DNA of 64,000 bases from Patescibacteria group bacterium (GTDB lineage: Bacteria > Patescibacteriota > CPR2 > UBA1875), in NCBI GenBank assembly GCA_041737595.1, contig JBGSRK010000010.1:96001-160000 (forward strand), written 5' to 3'. Positions 27,683 to 38,466 of the stretch are shown one piece after another (position 1 is the stretch's first letter; each line of letters starts with the position of its first letter). The notes under the pieces are model-generated. The model saw only the letters and a list, made by a program, of their open reading frames with translations. It was not told the origin of the DNA and made no database searches. The position numbers and the translations under genes are program-made.

Positions 27683-28609
27683 TTATACCTCAAGTATCCC
27701 AAGTTTAAATAATATTTTTGCTAAATAATATGCGGTATTATTATTAAAATTATAAACAGTAATAAATAATTTTATTTTAATTGGAATAGAGTAATGAGAT
27801 ATTTTTTTTATAGCTAAATCGCTTGATATATAATCCTTATTTAAAATCCCAGAAATTAAAATTCTATTCAAATTTTTTTTATGACCTAATTTTATATAAT
27901 CATCTTTATCAGTTAATTCTAACTTGTCGAATATTTTTTCATTTTCAAGATATAATTTTGTTTTATTTGATGAGAGTGATTGGGGTAAATTTCTCCATGC
28001 ACATAAAATATCAGGTAAAACTAAAACGCCATATTTTTTTGTAATTCTTAACCATAAATCAAAATCATCAACCCCGACTAGGTTTTCATCTAAAAATCCA
28101 ACTTCATTGAAGATTTTTCTAGGAACGATTACAGAACAAGTTGTAATATAATTTGTTAATAAGATTTTTTTATATGATTCTGGTGATGGTATATATTCTA
28201 ATTTTCTTAAAAAGGTATCAATAACATTATTTTTTTTATCAATAACATTGGCTGAAGTGGCGATTATCCCAATTTTACTTTTGTTATTTGATAAATTATA
28301 TGACTTTATTTGTTTTTCAATCTTTTCAGGATACCAAACATCATCTTGATCACAAAAAGCGATAAAATCACCTGTTGATTTTTTTATTCCAAAATTTCTA
28401 GGCCTTGCTGGTGATCCACTATTTTTTATTTTGTAATATTTGATTCTAGAGTCATTAACAGATTTAATAATATTTTCTGAATCATCAGTAGAGCCATCAT
28501 TAATGATAATCAATTCTATATTTTTATAGGTTTGATTTAAAATAGAATTAATTGACTCTTTGATGGTTTGTGAACCATTATAAACAGGGGTAATAACACT
28601 AACCTTCAT
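27683..28609 (-). CDS. GT2 glycosyltransferase
   Basis: 'VSVITPVYN', 'NDGSTD', 'AFCDQDD.W.P.K', 'DFDLWLR'. Confidence 0.92.
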   Translation of the reverse strand: MKVSVITPVYNGSQTIKESINSILNQTYKNIELIIINDGSTDDSENIIKSVNDSRIKYYKIKNSGSPARPRNFGIKKSTGDFIAFCDQDDVWYPEKIEKQIKSYNLSNNKSKIGIIATSANVIDKKNNVIDTFLRKLEYIPSPESYKKILLTNYITTCSVIVPRKIFNEVGFLDENLVGVDDFDLWLRITKKYGVLVLPDILCAWRNLPQSLSSNKTKLYLENEKIFDKLELTDKDDYIKLGHKKNLNRILISGILNKDYISSDLAIKKISHYSIPIKIKLFITVYNFNNNTAYYLAKILFKLGILEV

Positions 28610-29543
28610 TTTTCCCTCCTAATAATTTTGAAGAAATCTTTTTAAAATCACCTTCTAATAAAAGCTTAAAAAATACATTAATCTTTTGAAGTGGAATATA
28701 AACAAATTTAGCATATTTAATCCAACTAGGAACTGTTTTGTACTCATTTTTACTATATGCCATATGTTTTAAATCCATAAATTTGACATAAAACCAACCA
28801 AAACCATCTTCTTTATAAAATTTATGTTCATCTGGCTCAATATTTTTCCACCTAGACATATATAAATCAGAATTACTCTTATTTAATTGAAATCTTCCTT
28901 CTGAAATACTCTCATAATGTGTAACTACCGATTTTGGAGTATAAATTATATCATAACCGGCTTTTTTAATTTTTAAGCATAAATCAATATCCTCTAAGCC
29001 ATTTACATATAATTCATCAAAACCATCTACTTCAGAAAATATTTTTTTAGGTATTGCTATACAAGCTGCTGTAACTGCTGTGTAATATCTTTTTTTATTA
29101 GCGCTAATTAAATTAGATTTTTCATAAGAATAAATATGTCTTGGTATTTTATCCTCTGAAATAACAACTCCAGCATGTTGAATCTTACCATTAGGGAAAA
29201 GGAGTTTTACTCCGACTGCTCCAATATTTATTTCTTCTAAAAAAATATTTTCAATTTCTTTAAGCCAACCAGAATGAACCTCTGTATCATTATTTAAAAA
29301 AATTAAAATTTCGCCTCTGGCTTTTTTGGCACCTTGATTACACGCTTTTGAAAAATTTTTATTTACACTATTGGTAATTAAAATTATATCTTTTTGTTTT
29401 TTTAAATAATCCACAGAGCCATCCGTGGAACCATTATCAATAACAATAATTTCTAAACCAAAACCTTCTTTTCTTAAAGATTGTAAGCATTTTTTTGTAT
29501 ATTCTTTATTATTAAAAGAGGGTATAATTGTGCTAAAATTCAC
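28599..29543 (-). CDS. GT2 glycosyltransferase (rhamnosyltransferase-like)
   Basis: 'DNGSTDGS', 'FLNND', 'IQHAG', 'GFDE', 'EDIDLC', 'H.ES.S'. Confidence 0.9.
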   Translation of the reverse strand: MNFSTIIPSFNNKEYTKKCLQSLRKEGFGLEIIVIDNGSTDGSVDYLKKQKDIILITNSVNKNFSKACNQGAKKARGEILIFLNNDTEVHSGWLKEIENIFLEEINIGAVGVKLLFPNGKIQHAGVVISEDKIPRHIYSYEKSNLISANKKRYYTAVTAACIAIPKKIFSEVDGFDELYVNGLEDIDLCLKIKKAGYDIIYTPKSVVTHYESISEGRFQLNKSNSDLYMSRWKNIEPDEHKFYKEDGFGWFYVKFMDLKHMAYSKNEYKTVPSWIKYAKFVYIPLQKINVFFKLLLEGDFKKISSKLLGGKNEG

Positions 29544-29569
29544 ATAGAGATATTAACACAGAAAGAGAT

Positions 29570-30952
29570 ATGAAAAAAGATATAATAATTTTATCTGTAG
29601 GTCCAGTGCCCACTCAAGATAATAAGATCGTTGAGGGGGGAGGGCTAAGAGCCTGGGGGTTAGCTAACGGTTTAAGCCAGAATGATATTAAAGTCACTGT
29701 GGCAGTACCAGACTCTTACAAAATAGAAGACCAGAACATTAACAACATTAATATTGTTAGTTGGGATTTTAACAATGTAATCGATTTATGCAACAAATAC
29801 AATACCGTATGTGTTTTGTACTCTAGGGCAGATCTGATGCAATTTTTAACAGACAATCTTGACCCTAAAAAAGTAGTGATCATAGATTTGTATGTACCAA
29901 TATACATAGAGTCGTTAGCTCGAAAAGTTCCTAGAGATATTAATGGGGTTAATAACCATTTGCAAAATATTAAATATTGGAATTCAGCATTCACGAGAGG
30001 GGATTATTTTATTTGTGCAAACAAGAATCAACATCATTTGTATACTGGATTATTAAGCGCCTTTGGCAGGATAAGCCCAGTTAGTAAAGTAGAAAATATA
30101 TTAAAAGAAGTCCCTTTTGGAATCTATAGCACTCCAATAGGAAACAAGGCTAAACTGCCCGCTAAATATAAAAAACAAAATGGCGATTTTGTTATTCTTT
30201 GGTTTGGGGGCATATATCCCTGGTTTGACATAGAGCCACTACTAAAAACTATTAAAGATCTTTCTGATAAGAATAGCCAGTTAAAGTTATATGTAGTCGG
30301 TGGCAAAAACCCGTTTGTGAAGGATGAACAATTTATTAAGAAATATAAGGATACAGTTAACCTAGCTAAGAAGATGGGTCTTTTGGATAAAAACATATTT
30401 TTTAAGGATTGGATTTCTTACGAAGATAGAGAGTCCTGGTATAACACGGCCGATATAATAATTAATTTACATAATCCTGGCAGTGAGTCAATGTATGCAT
30501 GGAGAACAAGGGTAGTCGACTTCATTTGGGCTGGAAGACCAATAATATCTAGCGGAGGAGACGAACTAAGCTCTATGATGGAGAAAAAAGATGCTGCTTA
30601 TATCCTCAAAAGTAACACAGAAGAAGAGATTTCAAAAGCTATATTAAAGGTTAAAGATGACAAGAAATATAGAGAGAAAATAATAAATAACCTGAAAGAA
30701 ATGCAAAAAAGCTTGTACTGGGAAAATACAACAAAAGAGTTGTCTAGATTTATAAATAATCCTCAAATTGCAAAGGATCGTGACTTCTTTTTAAAGAACC
30801 ATATAAATTTTAGTCCCCTAGAAAAAACTCATCACAATTCCAAAGAAAATAGGAAATATAACCAGCTTTCCAGGGCTGTTTTTATCTATAAATCTGAGGG
30901 CTTAAAGTCTTTATTGAAAAGAACCAGAAATTATCTAGGAAAGTTTTTTTAA
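29570..30952 (+). CDS. GT4-like glycosyltransferase
   Basis: 'G.GLRAW', 'IDLY.P', 'LWFGGIYPWFD', 'RTR..D..WAG.P'. Confidence 0.8.
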   Translation: MKKDIIILSVGPVPTQDNKIVEGGGLRAWGLANGLSQNDIKVTVAVPDSYKIEDQNINNINIVSWDFNNVIDLCNKYNTVCVLYSRADLMQFLTDNLDPKKVVIIDLYVPIYIESLARKVPRDINGVNNHLQNIKYWNSAFTRGDYFICANKNQHHLYTGLLSAFGRISPVSKVENILKEVPFGIYSTPIGNKAKLPAKYKKQNGDFVILWFGGIYPWFDIEPLLKTIKDLSDKNSQLKLYVVGGKNPFVKDEQFIKKYKDTVNLAKKMGLLDKNIFFKDWISYEDRESWYNTADIIINLHNPGSESMYAWRTRVVDFIWAGRPIISSGGDELSSMMEKKDAAYILKSNTEEEISKAILKVKDDKKYREKIINNLKEMQKSLYWENTTKELSRFINNPQIAKDRDFFLKNHINFSPLEKTHHNSKENRKYNQLSRAVFIYKSEGLKSLLKRTRNYLGKFF

Positions 30953-32314
30953 ATAAAGATTCTCAATTTGGCTTGAGTATTCTTTTATAGATTTTGGAGG
31001 TTTTATTCTTCTCTGAAATTTGTTAATATTCTCTGGATCATTTGAGAAATATGACATAGCCCTCTCTAAATCCCCCGTCTTATCAGGGTTAAAGATTAAG
31101 CCATCTACATTATTTTTGACCCTTTCGGGCATTCCACCTCTATTAGAAATAATTACAGGTTTACCAAATGTATGAGCTTCATCTACAACTAACCCATAAA
31201 TCTCATTCCATAACGATGGGACTACTACTACGTCTATCTTGTTCATTATTTTTGCTATATCAGTCGGTTTATATATACCACCATATTCAATTGAACTGAT
31301 TTTACTTACTTCACTTAATGCCTCTCTAATTTTATTGTCTTTTTCGTCATATGAGCCATATATCTTTAAAGCGACATCTTTGTTTTTGTCTGATAAACTC
31401 TTAAATTCATTTAATAACAGGTAAAAACCCTTATCTTTTGTTATGTGAGAGATAAAACCAAAGTTAACTTTTTCTCCTTTATGAATTTTTATTGCATTAT
31501 CATTTAACTTAATCCCATGTTCTATATATTGTATCTTTTTAAAATTTATACCAAAATTAGTAGCTTCATTTTTTAAGTAATTTGAAGGAGATATTATTAC
31601 ATCGGCCATATTATAATATTCTTTAAATAAATTATTCCTTACTGATATCTCTTTTGGATCAATGTGCTTTTCAAGATCTCCGGCAATACTTTTTTTCTTT
31701 AATAGGTCAAAATTCCTTAAAAACCTAATAAATGCATCAGAAATTGGCTTAATTATTGGTAATCTTCTAAATACTACATATGTTTTATATGCTAATGATT
31801 TTAATCTATACTTAAAACTTTTATCTCTAGGTTGCATAAGTCTCATACAATCTTCACAATCGTGTAGTATATTTTTGTTTTTAAAATTACAGTTTTTATC
31901 ATGTTTGTAACCACGTATATACGGACATTTAAACCACATATCATGTAATGTTAAGAATAGAGGGATATTTTTTCCCTTTACTATAGAAATAAAATCTAGG
32001 GAAAAGTTGATAAGATGTTGAATATGTATAATATCTGGCTTAACTTCATCGATTACTTTTTTAAATTCATTATTAAAATAATCATTTTTATAAGTTTCTT
32101 GTGGGATTAATTTTTCGCGAGAATCAAAAACCTTAATAATATTTATTCCATCCTCTTTGTATGTTATTCTTTGCCTTTCTTCTTTGCTCTTAGCTTTTGT
32201 AAAAATATATAATTCATGTTTTTTTGCTAATTCAAAAGCTAAATCATGGGTATGATTTTCAACTCCAGCCCTATGTTCTGGCCAATAATCATGTATAACA
32301 AATAATATTTTCAT
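30935..32314 (-). CDS. GT4 glycosyltransferase
   Basis: 'AGVE', 'PDIIHIQHL', 'TLHD.W..CP', 'PSLW.E.YGLV..EA'. Confidence 0.9.
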   Translation of the reverse strand: MKILFVIHDYWPEHRAGVENHTHDLAFELAKKHELYIFTKAKSKEERQRITYKEDGINIIKVFDSREKLIPQETYKNDYFNNEFKKVIDEVKPDIIHIQHLINFSLDFISIVKGKNIPLFLTLHDMWFKCPYIRGYKHDKNCNFKNKNILHDCEDCMRLMQPRDKSFKYRLKSLAYKTYVVFRRLPIIKPISDAFIRFLRNFDLLKKKSIAGDLEKHIDPKEISVRNNLFKEYYNMADVIISPSNYLKNEATNFGINFKKIQYIEHGIKLNDNAIKIHKGEKVNFGFISHITKDKGFYLLLNEFKSLSDKNKDVALKIYGSYDEKDNKIREALSEVSKISSIEYGGIYKPTDIAKIMNKIDVVVVPSLWNEIYGLVVDEAHTFGKPVIISNRGGMPERVKNNVDGLIFNPDKTGDLERAMSYFSNDPENINKFQRRIKPPKSIKEYSSQIENLYLKKLS

Positions 32315-32315
32315 T

Positions 32316-33488
32316 TTAAAATATTTTTTTTAATTTTTCCGTTAATAACTCAAAAAAACATTTTTTTTTCTTCATTTGAATTATTAGATCTCTTGAAGAT
32401 TGTAATTCTTTATGAGCGACTTCCAATGATTTTTCAAGATTTTTTATATGTTTATCTTCTTCTATTAATTTAGAAAAATTATTTTCATATTTTTTAGTAA
32501 TATTCAATAAATATTGGAATTCACATAATAACTCTCCGGATGATATTTTTGATTTTTTAAATCCATCTTTTATCACTGATCCATATAAATTAATTAATTT
32601 ATTAATATTGTTATCTAAACCATGATCTTGATGAATTGATTTATAAATAAGTTTTGGATTGTTATTATTATATTTTTTTATTTCTTTAATTAAATCATTT
32701 TCTGTATATTTAAGCCTATATTTACGACCAGAAAAATTATTATATCTAATTTTATTGAAATTATTAATTGTAACCAAACCATCAGCTCCAAAAATATCAT
32801 ATACTATTACATTTCTATTACATGCGAGTGATTCTAATACCCCCCTACCCAAAGTTATTATTATATCTGAATTATTAATTTGCTCAACTATATTTTCTTT
32901 AACATTATTAGGTAGACCAACATGTTGGTATTTAATATTAATTTTTTTACATGCTGCTTTAATAACTTTTTCAACATTTAAATCTAGATGATTACTTAAA
33001 ACTAAAACTTTTTTTGGAATTTTATTCCCAATTGAGGTTGGTTTAAATCTTTTAAGATCCACTGAATTATAGATTTTTATTATATTACTTTTTGGAATTT
33101 TATATTTATTTTTATAATGATTTTCTATTTCATCACTTGTAACAATATATTTAGAAATACCAAGATTAACTGAAGGAGGTTGTTCTATTTCAGGGATAAA
33201 GCCGTGTGACATAAATACCATTGGAGTATTTGGAAAATAAGATCGTGCCATAATTGCTGTAATATTATGTTGAGAATGAATTATATCTATTTTTACTTTT
33301 TTAAAATTATCTAAATTATCTGTAATTTCAATATTATATTTTTTTAAACTATAACTTAAATCACCTATAATTGGTGAATATATAAAAACATTATTCCCCT
33401 TTTTACTTAGATTAATTGCTAAATCTCTTGTAAAAATTTCACTTCCAGAAAGAGTGGAAAATTTTTGCACTGTAATTAATATATTCAT
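32316..33488 (-). CDS. GT4-like glycosyltransferase with C-terminal coiled coil
   Basis: 'SGSE', 'DIIHSQH', 'N.VDL.RF', 'GR.VLE.LAC'; heptad-rich tail. Confidence 0.8.
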   Translation of the reverse strand: MNILITVQKFSTLSGSEIFTRDLAINLSKKGNNVFIYSPIIGDLSYSLKKYNIEITDNLDNFKKVKIDIIHSQHNITAIMARSYFPNTPMVFMSHGFIPEIEQPPSVNLGISKYIVTSDEIENHYKNKYKIPKSNIIKIYNSVDLKRFKPTSIGNKIPKKVLVLSNHLDLNVEKVIKAACKKINIKYQHVGLPNNVKENIVEQINNSDIIITLGRGVLESLACNRNVIVYDIFGADGLVTINNFNKIRYNNFSGRKYRLKYTENDLIKEIKKYNNNNPKLIYKSIHQDHGLDNNINKLINLYGSVIKDGFKKSKISSGELLCEFQYLLNITKKYENNFSKLIEEDKHIKNLEKSLEVAHKELQSSRDLIIQMKKKKCFFELLTEKLKKIF

Positions 33489-35464
33489 TTCTTCGGATGT
33501 ATTTTAATTGAATTATCTATTGCTGATTCCCAAGGATATAATGTTCTATTAAAATCTGATTTAAGATGGACTGCCTTACCTTTTCTATTCAACCATTTAG
33601 TAGAATACATGGGGAAATTATTGGCATAATAATCACAAGTATCTTCCCATTGTTTAATAGATATTGATTTGCCATAATGTTGTGAGAAAAATTTTGTAAT
33701 AATTTTACCATCAACAAAAGGTTCCCTTGCATCAATACCGGAAAATTTTACGCTTGGGTTATTCCGCCAAATCATTAGAATATCTCTTCTTTCTGGGCCA
33801 AAATATTGTCTAAAATTTAATAGTTTTCCATTTCTATATGGGGATTTATCGTTGGTTGTTATATAAGCATCAAATAGACTAATACGAATACCATTAATAT
33901 CTAAAGACTCTTTACTTAATAAATATTTTTTTATATCACCAATAAAACGCTCATCTGCATCAAAATAAAAGAACCATTTTGGGTTGTATTTTCTACCTGC
34001 TTCTAATAATAATTGACGGCTTTCTGTTTCTTCTACTGCTCTATCCTTTTTCCATATTTTATTATTTATCACTTCTATAACTTTTGGATGAGAATAAACT
34101 TTATCTAGGGTATCATCCGTACTAGCATCATTTAATACAATAATTTTATCTACAAATTTACTAACATGATCAATTGTATCCTGTATTATTAAACTTTCAT
34201 TCCTAACTCTAGTTAGCCCAATTATTTCAATATTATCATGCCAAAAACTACCTGACGAAATTATAGCTGGAGTTTTTGTAATGTTCTGTATATAAAATTT
34301 ATGAGATTTAAACTTTTCAAAATATACTTCATCACTTTTCAAATCTCTAATACTAATTGATATTTGATAAATTCCAGTTTTAATGCTCGGTATCGAAATT
34401 TTAAAATAAAATTTTTTAGTGTCAAATAATTCATCAATCATTCTTATAGAATCAGCAATAATAAGATTATTCTTTTCGTCGTAAAGTCCAACTCCTAATA
34501 ACAATCTTGATCGGATATTAACATCTGATTCCCCATAATCAACCTTTCCGCTTGCAATAATATCATCTCCAACAAGAAATTCCTGAGTTTTTTCATTTTT
34601 GCTATTTTTAAATTCTAAATTATTAACGCTTACGGTTGATTTTTTATCATTTTTATTTTTTTCAGGTAAAATATTTAAAATGTTATATTTATGCACAGCT
34701 TCCTTAGGACTTCCAATAAATGAAATTTTACCTTTATCAAGCAATAAAACACGATCACAAAATTCTTCAATATTACCCATTGAGTGACTAACAAAAACAA
34801 CTGTTTTACCATTTTGTTTTAATTCTCTAAATTTATCAAAACATTTTTGTTGAAAATTATAATCACCAACAGCTAAAACCTCATCTATTAATACTATATC
34901 TGCATGAGCCTGAACAGCAACAGAAAAAGCTAATCTAACTTGCATACCTGAAGAAAAGTTCTTTAATTTATGATCAACAAATTCTTCTAACTCAGCAAAT
35001 TCAATTATCTCATTAAATTTTGTATCAATTTCTTTTCTAGTAAGGCCAAGTATTGTACCATTTAAATAAACATTATCATGTGCCGAAAGTTCGGGATTAA
35101 AACCAACACCTAGTTCTAAAAATGGAGATAATCGACCCTTAATGCTTATCTTACCGCTATTAGGTTGGTATATTTTTGCTAACATCTTTAACATTGTAGA
35201 TTTACCAGAACCATTTCTCCCAATAATTCCAAAGAACTCCCCCTCATTAATATTAAAAGAAATATCTTCAGCAACCTTTAATTCTGTATACTTATTGCGT
35301 TTAAATAAGTTAAAAATAAATGATTTTAATGTTTTTCTTTGTTCATGTGGAATCTTAAAAATTTTAGATACATGGGAAACACTAATCGAAAGATTTTTAT
35401 TATTAACATCTTTTTTAACTATGTCCTCTTTTTTTTGTTTATAACTAAAAATATTAAAAAACAT
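33485..35464 (-). CDS. wzt: Wzt-type polysaccharide ABC ATPase fused to a Wzt_C-like domain and a C-terminal GT2-like domain
   Basis: GRNGSGKST, 'FSSGMQVRLAF', 'DEVLAVGD'; C-terminal 'RVRNE', 'NDASTD', 'FDADE'. Confidence 0.88.
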   Translation of the reverse strand: MFFNIFSYKQKKEDIVKKDVNNKNLSISVSHVSKIFKIPHEQRKTLKSFIFNLFKRNKYTELKVAEDISFNINEGEFFGIIGRNGSGKSTMLKMLAKIYQPNSGKISIKGRLSPFLELGVGFNPELSAHDNVYLNGTILGLTRKEIDTKFNEIIEFAELEEFVDHKLKNFSSGMQVRLAFSVAVQAHADIVLIDEVLAVGDYNFQQKCFDKFRELKQNGKTVVFVSHSMGNIEEFCDRVLLLDKGKISFIGSPKEAVHKYNILNILPEKNKNDKKSTVSVNNLEFKNSKNEKTQEFLVGDDIIASGKVDYGESDVNIRSRLLLGVGLYDEKNNLIIADSIRMIDELFDTKKFYFKISIPSIKTGIYQISISIRDLKSDEVYFEKFKSHKFYIQNITKTPAIISSGSFWHDNIEIIGLTRVRNESLIIQDTIDHVSKFVDKIIVLNDASTDDTLDKVYSHPKVIEVINNKIWKKDRAVEETESRQLLLEAGRKYNPKWFFYFDADERFIGDIKKYLLSKESLDINGIRISLFDAYITTNDKSPYRNGKLLNFRQYFGPERRDILMIWRNNPSVKFSGIDAREPFVDGKIITKFFSQHYGKSISIKQWEDTCDYYANNFPMYSTKWLNRKGKAVHLKSDFNRTLYPWESAIDNSIKIHPKK

Positions 35465-36306
35465 TAAACATCCTCTGCAAAACTATTAGACATTTTATTA
35501 AAAATAATATAACCAATAATAAATGTTATTAAAACTATAATCATAGGCAACCAGCTAAAGCACCAAAAATCGTTTGTAGTTAAAGTAGCGCCCTCCCCAA
35601 TTAATATTATTCTCATATCAGAAATTACCTGTGCTAAAGGTGAAAGCATTTGAAATTTAGCATATTTAATTGGCACTAAACTAAGTGGATAAATAATTGG
35701 AGTAGCATAAAATAATATTTGATTTAATACTTCCCAAATATGGCCCAAGTCTCTAAATTTAACAAAAATAGAAGAAAGTGCCAAACCAACACCTAAAATA
35801 AATAAATATAACTCGAAAATATATAAAAGAATAAATAATACACCAAAGTTGAAATTAACACCGTTAATAATTGCAAAAACAAAAACAGCAAACATATTTA
35901 AAACAAAAGTAAGTAATGCTGTAAAAGTTGATGAAATAACTAAAATTATTCTAGGGAAATATACTTTTCTAATTAAATCACCTTTTGAAGTAATGGACTG
36001 CATAGCTGCAGATGTTGCTTCGGCCCAAAACCCAAATGTTACAACACCTAATAATAAATATATTGGGTAATGGGGGATTGAATCCCCTAATTTAAAAACA
36101 CTAGTAAATACAACATATAAAACCATGAAATATGCCAAAGGTTTGCCTAGTGACCAAAAATAACCAAGGATTGATCTCTCATACTTTAGTTTAAAGTCTG
36201 TAAAAGAAAGTTCTTTAATTAGTTCCCAATAATTATGGTTAGTATTAAATTTATTATTATTTTTCATTAACTTCAATATACTATCAAATTTGATTATAAA
36301 AATCAA
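35464..36306 (-). CDS. wzm: Wzm-type polysaccharide ABC permease
   Basis: 'DFKLKY..S.LGY.WSL..PL', 'LI.KVYFP', 'FRDL...W', 'FY.TPIIYP'. Confidence 0.92.
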   Translation of the reverse strand: MIFIIKFDSILKLMKNNNKFNTNHNYWELIKELSFTDFKLKYERSILGYFWSLGKPLAYFMVLYVVFTSVFKLGDSIPHYPIYLLLGVVTFGFWAEATSAAMQSITSKGDLIRKVYFPRIILVISSTFTALLTFVLNMFAVFVFAIINGVNFNFGVLFILLYIFELYLFILGVGLALSSIFVKFRDLGHIWEVLNQILFYATPIIYPLSLVPIKYAKFQMLSPLAQVISDMRIILIGEGATLTTNDFWCFSWLPMIIVLITFIIGYIIFNKMSNSFAEDV

Positions 36307-38466
36307 TTAATAGATTATAGGTCCAAGAAAAAGAGAATTAAGTGCATTATTAGAAATTGGAACTATATTACCCCATTTATATAATGGATCATAAACACTA
36401 TGTTCATTAAAAGTTTGTGCACTAAAAACTGGCATTTTAGAACCTGACCCAATAACATAAACTGAACCATTATTTGAACCAAGTCTAGTTAGACGATTTG
36501 GAGAAGGATAATTTAAAAGAAAGGTATTATTTTTAGTATAAAAAATATTTATCCATGCAAACCCCCAATTATAAAAAGTATCTACATCAACGATTGGCCT
36601 TTTACCATCATCATCCATAAAATAAACCGAACCGCCATACGAATAGGTTACCAAACGTGGAAAAGTAATAAGTGCTCCTTTTGTCATTAAATTATAGGTA
36701 TTTGCTGAAATTTTTTTAATATCACCCCATCCTAAACCCCAATTATCTTTAAATATATTAAAAGTGTCTGAGTCATTAATTGGTCTTAATTTACCTTCTT
36801 GGGCCAAATAAACACTCCCAGTGTACAAAGCTAATTGAGTTAGTGGTTCTCCAGTTGGATATGTGTTAATAGTTGATAATGGTGCCCAATATACATTATC
36901 CCAATTAAAACCCCAATTATTGAATATACTACTATTTATAATTGGTCTCTTGTAGCCATTTTCAATATAAAAAACACCACCAAGATTATATGATCCAATA
37001 AGATAGTCTTCAAAATTAACATTAAAAGTAACTGAATTTGCGTCGTGGCTATTTTGGGTAATTCTTATTTTATTCGCAGAATCATAAAACTCTCCTCCAT
37101 CAGTAAGGGCAATATCTGACCAATTATTTGCTGGAGTCATATCTAAAAGATATGTGTCAAAAGGAACAGGCGGATTATAATAAGGAGTATTAAAATAATC
37201 GGTATAAATTCTCCCAATAAGTCCCCTCGTAACCCCGGTGGGAAGATTAATGTCAAACCCTGTCGGTTGGCGATATTCAAACCAATAATAATCACTGGTG
37301 TTTGGTTTGGCGATTTTTAAAGCATGGTATCCCATTGTCGAGCTTTCCAAATCATCAATCGTATATGTCCCCGACGTAGTAATGGTTCTCACCTTACCGT
37401 CCGGGACCCAACCTGCTTTATTTTTCCAGGCTGCATTCATATGAAAAACATTTGTCCAGCTACCGTTGCCACCCATAACATCATATGCATCCTCATATCC
37501 TGTTGCCCCAGGCGTGCAAGAGGCATAAGCAACGATTGTTGATGCTCCGCAGTCTAAATTGCTTGAATGACCAGCACCGAAATTGTGCCCTAATTCATGA
37601 GAATAAACAAACCGGTCATTGTTTCCATTGTACCAAGTTTCGTCCCCGGAGACTTCTCCTAAACCTGCCCAACTACACGACAAATTGTATGGGAAAATAT
37701 ACATAAATTTGGCATAGCTTGCTAAATTATATCCAGCATCTGTTGCGGCAGTGCGAGCAGCAACAGTCCATTGATCTAATAGATTCCCAACTCCATAATA
37801 TGAACATCCGACACCACTACTAAAAGGAATCGTGAGCCAACTTGACGTAACATTAGTAACGGTGCCATTTATTGATACTTCTCCATTAGAAGCTTGTTTA
37901 TAATAACTATTTGCCGAATCGGCATTTGAAAAAATCTGACCAGTAATTAGTGCCTGAGTAAAAGGCGCTGCTGATGGGTCATTTTCCCAATTAAAAGTAA
38001 TTGCAAGAACATCTTGCTGGCCGGTAATTTCTCTAACTGGTGGAATTAGAGTTTTGACTGTTTCAGCAACAAATAAACCATCTATTTGATAACCTTCAAC
38101 ATTAACAGTTGAACCTGATTCTGCCATTTTCGTATCTTTTAAACCATAAAGATCAAATTTATTATTATCAGTTTCTAAAATAGTTATTTCAGTACTAGTA
38201 TTCTCAGATGAAGCAATTAATCTTTTCACTTCTCCTTTTATACTTATCTTGGGAATATCTTTAAAATCATCTTTTATGAGCGCTTTTGAATCTGTTTGTA
38301 TTTTTTTAATTAAACTTTTTTTATCAGAAATATGGGTGTACGTTTTTTGTTTATCTGGATTATTTATTTTAAATTGTAATTGATTATTAACATCAATAGA
38401 ATTTGGACTACCCCAAAACAAGACTAAAGCAAAAACAAACAATAGAAGATGTAATATTTTCTTCAT
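36307..38466 (-). CDS. Secreted zinc metallopeptidase (M11/gametolysin-like) with C-terminal repeats
   Basis: Signal peptide; 'HELGHNFGAGH' (HExxHxxGxxH); 'Y.D.YDVMG'; repeats 'V(Y/F).I..G.KRPI.....F..WGF.W'. Confidence 0.8.
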   Translation of the reverse strand: MKKILHLLLFVFALVLFWGSPNSIDVNNQLQFKINNPDKQKTYTHISDKKSLIKKIQTDSKALIKDDFKDIPKISIKGEVKRLIASSENTSTEITILETDNNKFDLYGLKDTKMAESGSTVNVEGYQIDGLFVAETVKTLIPPVREITGQQDVLAITFNWENDPSAAPFTQALITGQIFSNADSANSYYKQASNGEVSINGTVTNVTSSWLTIPFSSGVGCSYYGVGNLLDQWTVAARTAATDAGYNLASYAKFMYIFPYNLSCSWAGLGEVSGDETWYNGNNDRFVYSHELGHNFGAGHSSNLDCGASTIVAYASCTPGATGYEDAYDVMGGNGSWTNVFHMNAAWKNKAGWVPDGKVRTITTSGTYTIDDLESSTMGYHALKIAKPNTSDYYWFEYRQPTGFDINLPTGVTRGLIGRIYTDYFNTPYYNPPVPFDTYLLDMTPANNWSDIALTDGGEFYDSANKIRITQNSHDANSVTFNVNFEDYLIGSYNLGGVFYIENGYKRPIINSSIFNNWGFNWDNVYWAPLSTINTYPTGEPLTQLALYTGSVYLAQEGKLRPINDSDTFNIFKDNWGLGWGDIKKISANTYNLMTKGALITFPRLVTYSYGGSVYFMDDDGKRPIVDVDTFYNWGFAWINIFYTKNNTFLLNYPSPNRLTRLGSNNGSVYVIGSGSKMPVFSAQTFNEHSVYDPLYKWGNIVPISNNALNSLFLGPIIY

